Virus record (IMG/VR): IMGVR_UViG_3300027734_003408
Coordinates: 1 to 55,848 of that record
Length of the DNA stretch: 55,848 bases
Strand: one strand, 5' to 3'
Source: a virus
Lineage: Duplodnaviria; Caudoviricetes
Part shown: piece by piece, positions 20,014 through 28,196 of the stretch
Numbering within the stretch: position 1 is the first letter of the stretch
Layout of the letters: the number at the start of each line of letters is the position of its first letter
The notes under the pieces: model-generated
Told to the model about the DNA's origin: nothing
Database searches by the model: none
Seen by the model: the letters and a program-made list of their open reading frames with translations, nothing else
Position numbers and translations under genes: made by a program

Positions 20014-20048
20014 GAGGTGATTATTGCGTAGATTTCCCGCCAATTGTT
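20010..20048 (-). pseudogene. displaced original 3' end of the HAD nucleotidase gene
   Basis: Reads NNWREIYAIITS*, matching the present C-terminus KNWKEIYHLITNANH* of 20705-21310. Confidence 0.7.
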
Positions 20049-20085
20049 GAGTAGTGTTTTCTAGTTTATCTTCATAAATAAAATT

Positions 20086-20727
20086 ATGAAAACATATCTG
20101 TATTTGAAAACGCATCAAGTTACTGGCTTAAAGTATCTTGGTAAAACTACTCAAGATCCTCACAAATATAAAGGATCTGGATTAAGGTGGACTCGTCATT
20201 TAGCCAAACACGGCAATGATGTTTCCACCTTAATTCTTTTTGAATCTGACAATCTTCAAGAAATTAAAACAAAAGGACAATATTATTCTGAATTATGGAA
20301 TGTTGTTAATGACCAAAATTTTGCCAATATGCGCCCCGAAACAGGTGATGGTGGTAATACATCACAATGTGAAAATTATAAGGTAGGGATGTCTAAGAGA
20401 AATACATCTGGATCTAAGAATTCAATGTTTGGGAGATCAGCAGTTATTGAACATAATCTTAGATGGTACAATAATGAAACAGAAAATATCTATGTGCCAG
20501 CAGGAACACAACCTGATTCATTTGTACCTGGTAGAATTATACAATATAAAAAACCACATAGCGAAGAAACAAAAATTAAATTATCACAATATGGAAAAAA
20601 ACCATGTATTTCTCCTAGTGGAGAAATATTTAAAAGTAGAGGTGATGCCGCAAAAGCATATGGAATAACTTCAGCAGCAATTGGCGGGTTAATTAAACGC
20701 GGAGTTAGTGGTTGGCATTGGTTATGA
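20086..20727 (+). mobile_element. free-standing GIY-YIG homing endonuclease with NUMOD-like DNA-binding motifs
   Basis: YLYLKTHQVTGLKYLGKT...YKGSG; GSKNSMFGR; HSEETKIKLS; C-terminal helix-turn-helix; AT-rich; own TAAATA 5 nt upstream. Confidence 0.85.
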
Positions 20728-21310
20728 GATGATAAATCTCTTTCCAATTTTTAACCCTAGGAATATTTGGATGTTCAAAAGTCATGTTGTGCCCGTGCTC
20801 TACAAGCACAGAGTTAAGTCCCATTTCGTGTCCAACGATTGCATTTTCGATTTTATCCTCAAACCACCACAAGCCTGAGCCAGCATAGGGCTCCAGTGCT
20901 GAGTGTTTATCTGCACCTGTGGCCAAACATGTGACACCTGTAAATGCAGTTTTGCCAAACAGTTTGCGCAGGTTCATTTCTCTCAGTCGGCCAGCATTGA
21001 CATCTGTGCTCAAACTGGTGATGCAGTGAAACACATAGCCGTGTTCTTCATGCAGGCGCTTCACATAGTACATGGCATCACGCAAGGGAGGCAGGAACCC
21101 AATTGCTGCCGACTCGTTGAACATCTTGATCAGTTTGAATGACTGCTCTCGATCAATGCCATAACGAACACCAATGTCGTATTCAAATTGGTGCCCTTCC
21201 TGTTTGGCAAATCCGTGTTCTTCCATCCAGACTGAGAATGCAAATTCCCAATCAAGCAACACGCCATCAGCGTCAACTAGGATCAGGTTCTTTTTGTGTG
21301 TTGACTTCAA
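20705..21310 (-). CDS. HAD-superfamily 5'(3')-deoxyribonucleotidase-like protein
   Basis: LVDADGVLLDW motif I, CITS motif II, FEDK motif IV, HGHN...RVKNW. Confidence 0.8.
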   Translation of the reverse strand: MKSTHKKNLILVDADGVLLDWEFAFSVWMEEHGFAKQEGHQFEYDIGVRYGIDREQSFKLIKMFNESAAIGFLPPLRDAMYYVKRLHEEHGYVFHCITSLSTDVNAGRLREMNLRKLFGKTAFTGVTCLATGADKHSALEPYAGSGLWWFEDKIENAIVGHEMGLNSVLVEHGHNMTFEHPNIPRVKNWKEIYHLITNANH

Positions 21311-21563
21311 CTTCGTATCCGTTCTCTTTGAATAATCGTTCTATTGTGGCAGCATAGTGCTGGTGATAATAACCTGCAATTCGGTCAAAATCTTTTGGCA
21401 CCTCTGTGCCTGCCATGCTGCATTTTAACACAGAAAGGGTTTTAAAGTCAAGTATTACATTGCAAGTTTGGTGATCACTCCGTTTTAAGTTTTTGGCCAC
21501 AGCCATAACTTCGTCAATTTTGCCGTCAGGTTTTTTGTAATAGGTTAAAAGCAAGTATCTCAT
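21273..21563 (-). CDS. hypothetical protein
   Basis: 96-aa ORF overlapping both neighbours in an operon. Confidence 0.65.
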   Translation of the reverse strand: MRYLLLTYYKKPDGKIDEVMAVAKNLKRSDHQTCNVILDFKTLSVLKCSMAGTEVPKDFDRIAGYYHQHYAATIERLFKENGYEVEVNTQKEPDPS

Positions 21564-22039
21564 AATAAAGTTTTGATAAGGTTAAAGTATTCAGTCGGTA
21601 ATGTTAAATCTTTGCCATGCAACATTTTTTGCATCCAAAATTTTACCGGGTATTCAAATTCAATCTCATAGTATGCACCCTCCATAGTAATAATGTTGCT
21701 GCCGGGAATTTCTGAACGATCAAACCCAGGGTTTAGATCAAGGTCAACAACAACTTTGCCACATTTGTTCAATAGACTTCTAAAATATCTACGTTCTATA
21801 ATTATCTCATTCACAGTGACATGACTATCATATAGCACACTGTTTTTTGTTGAGTCATAGACAAAATTACCAGCAGATTTTTTTCTAACATGCACACGCA
21901 ATTGATTGAGACCTGTTTGAGGAGTTAGATCTATTGCACCATTAAATGCAGCACCTTCAAATATTGTGTTGCTGTTTAACTCGACTTGTATACTGTCAGG
22001 AATATGGTCAAATGTTGTGGCAATATGCAACTGATTCAT
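21560..22039 (-). CDS. hypothetical AT-rich protein
   Basis: ATGA-coupled to the radical SAM gene; same low GC. Confidence 0.65.
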   Translation of the reverse strand: MNQLHIATTFDHIPDSIQVELNSNTIFEGAAFNGAIDLTPQTGLNQLRVHVRKKSAGNFVYDSTKNSVLYDSHVTVNEIIIERRYFRSLLNKCGKVVVDLDLNPGFDRSEIPGSNIITMEGAYYEIEFEYPVKFWMQKMLHGKDLTLPTEYFNLIKTLL

Positions 22040-23499
22040 TGAGTAGCTAGATATTTGTTTAAAAAAGAAATCATAGTATGTTCAACGTTGTAGCTAGAAT
22101 CTATACAATTGTATCCCAGTTTCTGAGCATGTTCTCCAATTTCAACACGCCATTTGATACGTTGGACTGGAGTATTCTGCCCAACCGACCATAGACTACC
22201 GTCAGTTTGATTGGATTTGATAGGGTACACCACTCCCAGTGATGTTTTCATGCTATCCAACGGTGTGTCAGGTATTAAAACATTGGTGGTTCCAAACTGA
22301 ATTCCTGATATGGTGCCATCATCGGCCAGATGCTGATATCGTTCTAGTTGTTGCAATGCTATTTCAAAATCTTCTTGAGTTTCTGTAGGGTATCCAACAA
22401 TCATCAGTAAAATTAATTTGATATTGTATTTTTGAGCAAGGTGTAGAAAATTATCTAAATCGTCATCTGTGAATTTTTTGGTCATGTGAAACCGCACACG
22501 CTGACTAAAACTTTCTACACCTACCGCAAGAGTGCTACACCCGCTGCGCTTGAGCGTGATAAAATCTTGCTCATCCTGGCTGCTTTTTTTGCGCACAATG
22601 GCCTGGCCACTCCAGGTAAAATTATGGTGCTGTCGCATCAACGATAATTCAGAAATAAAATCTCTAAAGGTTTTTAAACTACCATTGATTAAACTGTCAT
22701 TGAACCAAAAATGGTTGGCTTGATATTTTTCCAGTAATTTTATAATTTCATTGGCCAAAGCATGACCATTTTTGAATTTATAACTTCCCCATATTTTTTT
22801 AATATCGCAGAATGTGCAATTTTTTACACAACCTCGACTGCCCTCAACTGCAATTAATTTTATTCCATTGTTTAATTGTTGATAATAGTCCAAATTGTAA
22901 TGATCATAATTGGGGATTGGAACTTTTTCAAAATCTTCAAGAAAATTATATTGCCTGGAATTGACACCGGGATCTGGTATTCCTTGTAATAGAGATTCAA
23001 ATGATTCTTCGCCTTCGCCCAATATCCAATAATCAGTCAGGCCGGCATTGTAAAGATATTCATAAAATGGTTGTGTGTTACTGCTGTGATTTACACACCA
23101 ACTGAGATTGTTTAATCCAGCACCGCCCACCACAACTTGAGCAGCAAATTCATGGCGATGATTGTCTAAAAAAAATTTGGTGAAATTAACACTGTGGTGA
23201 CTAAAAACGCTAATGGCAATCAAATCATAATGTTGACATTTATCTTTGAGATCACAAAAATAATTGTCAATCCATTGTTGTGCTGATGTTGTGAGTTCTT
23301 TGGTGAAATTTATGGGGAATTCATTCAACAACTCTTGTTGCAATTCTTTTGGTAGATTTATGTAAAACTCTGCATTGACGTCAATAAAATCACAGTCAAC
23401 ATTGTTACGTCGACAAATAGCAGTTAGCAGTGCCGGGGCCAATGGTGGCGCATCGGGGGTGATTTTTGGGAAATTCAGAATCAACGCACGTTTAATCAT
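22036..23499 (-). CDS. B12-binding-domain radical SAM enzyme
   Basis: PPLAPALL N-terminus, VVGG, GEGE, SRGCVKNCTFC, GVESFS, IVGYPTET. Confidence 0.9.
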   Translation of the reverse strand: MIKRALILNFPKITPDAPPLAPALLTAICRRNNVDCDFIDVNAEFYINLPKELQQELLNEFPINFTKELTTSAQQWIDNYFCDLKDKCQHYDLIAISVFSHHSVNFTKFFLDNHRHEFAAQVVVGGAGLNNLSWCVNHSSNTQPFYEYLYNAGLTDYWILGEGEESFESLLQGIPDPGVNSRQYNFLEDFEKVPIPNYDHYNLDYYQQLNNGIKLIAVEGSRGCVKNCTFCDIKKIWGSYKFKNGHALANEIIKLLEKYQANHFWFNDSLINGSLKTFRDFISELSLMRQHHNFTWSGQAIVRKKSSQDEQDFITLKRSGCSTLAVGVESFSQRVRFHMTKKFTDDDLDNFLHLAQKYNIKLILLMIVGYPTETQEDFEIALQQLERYQHLADDGTISGIQFGTTNVLIPDTPLDSMKTSLGVVYPIKSNQTDGSLWSVGQNTPVQRIKWRVEIGEHAQKLGYNCIDSSYNVEHTMISFLNKYLATQ

Positions 23500-24425
23500 G
23501 CCATGCTATTATTACACAGTTCCACAATGGTTGCGCTCAGGTTAATTTCATGATCGGCCACAAGACTGGCGTTGGCTGCGCTGTTACGGATGATTATGAT
23601 GGCTTGGTCTTGGCGTTCGGGTGTGGTGCCCCACAAGTCCAAGTTGTCGTACATCCAGCGGAACAATGCTTCCATGTCCTCACTGCGCACATTTTGACAC
23701 AGCAAGGTACGGGCTTCACGGGTCTTGCCACGCTTGAACATGTCCACTGCACTCAGCAAATAGTCTGATGTTGCGCCACCTTCGTCGCCGTGTGGTGCCG
23801 ATAGTCTGCCTTCCACAGTGTTCATCTGACAGAGATTGATACACTTGCGCAGGTCTGGATAAGTGGCTTTGACATAACTGTCTAGCGTGTCCAAATCAAA
23901 CTCCACACTTTCTGTCACAAGAATGGTGGCCATTCTGGCAGTGAATTCTGTCACATCCACTTTCTCAATGTGGAATCCTTGACATCTGCTGTGCAGGGCC
24001 GGAATAACACGATTGGGATAGTTACAAGTGAGGATAAAACGTGCAGTGCTGGAATAGGTTTCCATTACCCCACGCAAGGCTGCTTGGCCATTGGGTGTGA
24101 TGTAGTCTGCTTCGTCCAACAACACAATCTTGAAATCGCCAAATGGCATGGTCTGCACAAAGCCTGTGATCTTGGCACGAATAGTGTCAATGTTGTTTTC
24201 TCTTGACGCATTGATTTCCATCACATCAAATGGATCAATGCCCAGTTCATGGATCAGGATCCGGGCCAGGGTAGTCTTGCCCACACCTGGTGATCCAGAG
24301 AACAACAAGTGCGGAATAGCACCTGATCGAACCCAACCTTCTACTTGTTCTCGTTGTGCTTGATCACGAAAAACATAGTCCACCAGTTTATTGGGCCGGT
24401 ATTTTTCTGTCCATAACTCTTTCAT
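23496..24425 (-). CDS. sliding-clamp loader AAA+ subunit (RFC small subunit / T4 gp44-like)
   Basis: WTEKYRP, GSPGVGKTT, INAS, LLDEAD, SRC motifs. Confidence 0.95.
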   Translation of the reverse strand: MKELWTEKYRPNKLVDYVFRDQAQREQVEGWVRSGAIPHLLFSGSPGVGKTTLARILIHELGIDPFDVMEINASRENNIDTIRAKITGFVQTMPFGDFKIVLLDEADYITPNGQAALRGVMETYSSTARFILTCNYPNRVIPALHSRCQGFHIEKVDVTEFTARMATILVTESVEFDLDTLDSYVKATYPDLRKCINLCQMNTVEGRLSAPHGDEGGATSDYLLSAVDMFKRGKTREARTLLCQNVRSEDMEALFRWMYDNLDLWGTTPERQDQAIIIIRNSAANASLVADHEINLSATIVELCNNSMA

Positions 24426-24664
24426 GTTTTACCTTGTGCCTTTAAAATTTTCCACATCTGCTGTTGTTCTTGTTCCAGCAACCACTCATCTTCACCTGAG
24501 AATTTACTGATTTTTGCCAGCATCTCTTCCACAGCAAATTTTACACGATACAAGTCTTGTTTGCAAGGCCAGTTGTTCCAACCTGTGACATATGGATCAG
24601 TTGCCCCAGAATACATCTTTTGGCATTCACCAATAACTTTATTAGTATCCCAATTTGTAATCAT
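24422..24664 (-). CDS. hypothetical protein
   Basis: 80-aa ORF, ATGA-coupled on both sides. Confidence 0.7.
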   Translation of the reverse strand: MITNWDTNKVIGECQKMYSGATDPYVTGWNNWPCKQDLYRVKFAVEEMLAKISKFSGEDEWLLEQEQQQMWKILKAQGKT

Positions 24665-25044
24665 CGTTCTTTCTTTTCCACGTGAATGGCATCTGAGAAT
24701 GTGAGATCATTGGGTCGTTCATCTGCTGAGATCAAGATGTCTTTGGGATCAATTTTTCGAATGGTACGCTTGACGTCACCATCTTCAATGTCTACACCAC
24801 GTGTCCAACGTCCGTGTGCCACGCAAATCCACTCGCCTACTCGCACATCCTGCTGTTCTGGACCAACAGCATACACTCGCCCCCAGCGTGGTCTAATGCC
24901 TGAACTCTTGCCGTTGTCATTGGGCAGGATAAGACCAGTTTGCGTTATGCGCTGGTCAAATTCCATGTCTTCTACAATTACTGAATCACCTAATGCGTGA
25001 AATTGTTCACGAGTGATTTTGTGTGCTGAATATGCTGCCTTCAT
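24661..25044 (-). CDS. groES: GroES-like co-chaperonin
   Basis: ALGDSVIV, TQTGLILP, GRVYAVGP, VRVGE; start MKAAYS with TAATG overlap. Confidence 0.85.
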   Translation of the reverse strand: MKAAYSAHKITREQFHALGDSVIVEDMEFDQRITQTGLILPNDNGKSSGIRPRWGRVYAVGPEQQDVRVGEWICVAHGRWTRGVDIEDGDVKRTIRKIDPKDILISADERPNDLTFSDAIHVEKKER

Positions 25045-25271
25045 TAATCTAAATCCCATTTGTGTGAAGTTGTTTTGGCTTGAATTTGTTTTTGATATTG
25101 GTCATGCACTTGCTGTGGACGACTGTGTACAGGTACATTTTTGTCATCTACTGCATCGCCTCGGGCATTGACCTTCATGTTGCCTACCGCACGTTCTTTT
25201 TCGTTTTTCAAACGTAGTGCGCCCATGTCCACAGGTTTACCTCTGGCACTTTTATAAATCTCTTTGGTCAT
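25044..25271 (-). CDS. hypothetical late protein
   Basis: AGGAG RBS; TAAATA at 25290-25295. Confidence 0.7.
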   Translation of the reverse strand: MTKEIYKSARGKPVDMGALRLKNEKERAVGNMKVNARGDAVDDKNVPVHSRPQQVHDQYQKQIQAKTTSHKWDLD

Positions 25272-25292
25272 GTCTTTCTCCTAAAATCATAT

Positions 25293-25811
25293 TTAACGCA
25301 AGAACTCCGTGGGATCTAAATCATAGAACATTGAGTCAATTCTATGCACACCCAAGAGATACAACACGTAACTGGCCACACTTGATCCACGGCCTACACC
25401 CCAAATCATGCGGTTGGCTCGCAATGTGTCCACAAGATATTTGAGATATCTCAACAAGTCAAACAAGTTGCGTTCTTGAAACAACAACAGTTCTTGACCA
25501 CAGCGTTGTAATTTTGCATCAGAGTCACACAGACTCAAAATGTATTCAGCAATGTCCATGTATTTGTACTCGTCGGGCATGTGCCAGGAGTTCTGGTTTA
25601 CAGCATCAAACTCTTCCACAGTCATGTCTGCATCTGTGAATAAGCATTCAATCAGGTTAGGAACTTGTTCCAAGTATGCTGACGCTGTTTCTAAGTTCAC
25701 ACCTGGCTCAACCAACATGCCCGTCAGACGGTCCACAGTGACTCCACGCATGACCATGTTCACAAGATCGTCTTCGTTGTATATGATTTGTCCGTATTGG
25801 TCAGTCTTCAT
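25293..25811 (-). CDS. dnaE: stand-alone fragment of family C DNA polymerase (DnaE palm, N-terminal part)
   Basis: RCGQEL...WGVGRGSSVASYVLYLLGVHRID...YDL...FLR*; no PHP domain and no PDxD motif. Confidence 0.8.
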   Translation of the reverse strand: MKTDQYGQIIYNEDDLVNMVMRGVTVDRLTGMLVEPGVNLETASAYLEQVPNLIECLFTDADMTVEEFDAVNQNSWHMPDEYKYMDIAEYILSLCDSDAKLQRCGQELLLFQERNLFDLLRYLKYLVDTLRANRMIWGVGRGSSVASYVLYLLGVHRIDSMFYDLDPTEFLR

Positions 25812-26403
25812 TTTTTGAAAAGTTGGCAAACACCACGGTGTTGGCAGTGGGTTCAGTTTCTTGTTCGGGCCAGGTCAGTCCATATTCCACCCAGGCATTG
25901 GGCACAACCTTGAGCACATTGTCTGCCAGTGCATCTGCTTCTATGGTGTTGTGTTGCACAGTAGGCGCATGCCACCAACCTTCACTACGGAATGGTCCCG
26001 GGCTATCTTCTTCAGCATCATGCTGATACCAAACTGAGTCGCCCAGCACACTGCTCAAATCTAATCTTGTAACTGTCATGCGCCCTTCCATGATGGCATT
26101 GAGCTTGTAGTATAACATCATGCCAATGATTTGGTCAACTGGTTCTTCGGGCAAGGTGGTTACATTGATGCCCATGATGTGCATCATTTCAGCACGTTCT
26201 CGTGCGTCTTGATTCACAAACACCGTATTGGCCAATTCTCCATGCATGAATATTTTCAACCGATCCATGGCGATGTTGGTGTTCACCGCATCCATGGTCT
26301 TGGTCAGTAGGCTCATGCTCACTGAGTAACTGTTCATTTGCAAACGGTCATCGTAGTAGATTCCGGCCAGGAAGTCTAGGTCGTATTGTAGTCTAACGTT
26401 CAT
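25801..26403 (-). CDS. hypothetical protein
   Basis: 200-aa ORF coupled to both neighbours. Confidence 0.7.
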   Translation of the reverse strand: MNVRLQYDLDFLAGIYYDDRLQMNSYSVSMSLLTKTMDAVNTNIAMDRLKIFMHGELANTVFVNQDARERAEMMHIMGINVTTLPEEPVDQIIGMMLYYKLNAIMEGRMTVTRLDLSSVLGDSVWYQHDAEEDSPGPFRSEGWWHAPTVQHNTIEADALADNVLKVVPNAWVEYGLTWPEQETEPTANTVVFANFSKNED

Positions 26404-26636
26404 TGGATGTTGATCTTGTCGTCAAAGTTGTTGTCGCCTTGAGCCTTTTTGTAACTCTCTTGCAACCGGGTTTGATACATGTTTTGATAGTTTTCCATGG
26501 CCATGCGTATTTGATTACACAAATGACCATTTCCTGTACGAGCAGCAATGCCCAGTTTTTTGCTCAGTTCGTTGATTCGGGCGCTGAGTTGTTCCAGCGT
26601 TTGTTCTTCAAGTGAGCCTATCAGCGGATGTTCCAT
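26400..26636 (-). CDS. small helical hypothetical protein
   Basis: 78 aa; first gene after a sigma70-type promoter. Confidence 0.7.
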   Translation of the reverse strand: MEHPLIGSLEEQTLEQLSARINELSKKLGIAARTGNGHLCNQIRMAMENYQNMYQTRLQESYKKAQGDNNFDDKINIQ

Positions 26637-26641
26637 TGTTT

Positions 26642-26671
26642 ATTATACGGCAATACGCTGACAGAAGTCAA
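26642..26671 (-). promoter_or_regulatory. sigma70-type promoter
   Basis: TTGACT-18-TATAAT; -10 box is 5 nt from ATG 26636. Confidence 0.65.
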
Positions 26672-26681
26672 GGTGTTTGGA

Positions 26682-28184
26682 TTACCAGTTGCCCACATAA
26701 GTCACAGCATTGGTTCCGATGGGTGTTAATCGGATAAAACTGTTGGTGAGAATTGTGGGTGCTCCACCAGGTGCAGAACTGTATTGAATCTGCGGAGTGA
26801 ATGTGGTACTGGCATTGGTTCTCACAATACCACGTATGACCACGGTGATGTTTTCTGTGCTTGATGAACTGGCACCTGTGACTGCCACTGCTGTGGCTGC
26901 GGTGCCATATATTCTACTCACAGCACCCAGGGTGTTACCGGTGGTGCTGGTGGTGTCAGCAGTGTAAGTGATGCCGGTCAGGGCTGAACTCACAGCAAAC
27001 AATGTGCTCAAGGTGTGACTGTTTGTGCCAACTGCTCTTGTGATATAGTACACCGCTTCCATGAAATACGCAGTACTCGCTGGCAATGTGATAGCGCCTG
27101 CTGAGCCTGTGCCCAAGTTGAAAACTTTTTGTGCCGCGCTTGAATCACTGCCAATGTAATCAACTGCCAACGCCATAAAGTGTGTGGTATTTAATATACC
27201 ACGATTGCTGGCATTGGGAGTACCGTAAAAAGTAACGCCGTCGTATTCGAGTGCACCAGCACCGGCAGTGGTCATGTTGGTACCGCTAGTAAATGACAGC
27301 GCAGGAACAGTAGCAGTACCCGCAGTTGGACGTACAAAACCGTTGACATTACCACCTGTGACATTGCCAGTGGCTGAGACCAAGCCCACAGTACGCAAAT
27401 TGCCGCCTTGAATGTTGCCAGTGATTGATGCCAGGCCTGCTGAGTTGATATTGCCACCTGTGACATTGCCTGTGGCAGTGACCAGCCCTGCTGTGTTGAC
27501 ATTACCACCTATGACGTTGCCCACAGCACTGACAAAACTGCTGGCAGTCAAACTACCCACAGTCACAGCACCGGTACCCAAAGAAGTCAACCCTCGATTC
27601 AGGTCAAATACAGTGATTGTGCTGCCGCCATCGTAGCTGCCAAACCCAAACTCAAACACACCAGTGGTACCAAATGTGATGGTGTTTATGACACCTGCTG
27701 TGCCTGGACTGATACCTTGTATGCCTGTGAGTCCTAGACTGACTGATGAAGGCAAGGTCAATGTGAACGCCACGTTGGTCACTGTAAACTGCAATTTCAT
27801 ATATCCATATGTGCCCGAAGGTGGGAAGTTGGAGAACGCCAAGGTCACACTGCCTGCCGAAGCGGTGGTATAACTTTGATAATGTGCTGATGCATAATTC
27901 AGTGTCAACGTGCCCGAAATTGGTGAGGGTGCAATTTTTACCGCAGCAAAGTCTTGAATAAGTGCAGCATACAACAATGCATCACCCATGTTGTTGTCAA
28001 GTGTGGTTCCTGTTAGGGCTGCTTTGAAAATGCCCTTGGCTTGCAAGTCATTGATTTCGTCGGCAGCATACTGAAAGTTAACTTTGGTCTGTGTGAAATT
28101 GTCACGAAAACCTTGTGAGTTATTGTCTTGCCCGGCAATGGGGTATGTGCCGTCGATGTTGTTTGGGTTAATATTACTTGACAT
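26682..28184 (-). CDS. virion structural protein, baseplate/tail region
   Basis: YPIAGQDNNSQGFRDNF N-terminus; GNVTGGN repeats. Confidence 0.7.
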   Translation of the reverse strand: MSSNINPNNIDGTYPIAGQDNNSQGFRDNFTQTKVNFQYAADEINDLQAKGIFKAALTGTTLDNNMGDALLYAALIQDFAAVKIAPSPISGTLTLNYASAHYQSYTTASAGSVTLAFSNFPPSGTYGYMKLQFTVTNVAFTLTLPSSVSLGLTGIQGISPGTAGVINTITFGTTGVFEFGFGSYDGGSTITVFDLNRGLTSLGTGAVTVGSLTASSFVSAVGNVIGGNVNTAGLVTATGNVTGGNINSAGLASITGNIQGGNLRTVGLVSATGNVTGGNVNGFVRPTAGTATVPALSFTSGTNMTTAGAGALEYDGVTFYGTPNASNRGILNTTHFMALAVDYIGSDSSAAQKVFNLGTGSAGAITLPASTAYFMEAVYYITRAVGTNSHTLSTLFAVSSALTGITYTADTTSTTGNTLGAVSRIYGTAATAVAVTGASSSSTENITVVIRGIVRTNASTTFTPQIQYSSAPGGAPTILTNSFIRLTPIGTNAVTYVGNW

Positions 28185-28196
28185 TGGTTATCCTTG

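Noticed and set aside
20050-20730. Possible group I intron around the GIY-YIG gene
   Set aside because: Only ~35 nt of non-coding flank, no room for a ribozyme core; the endonuclease is antisense and the host gene already has a complete end.
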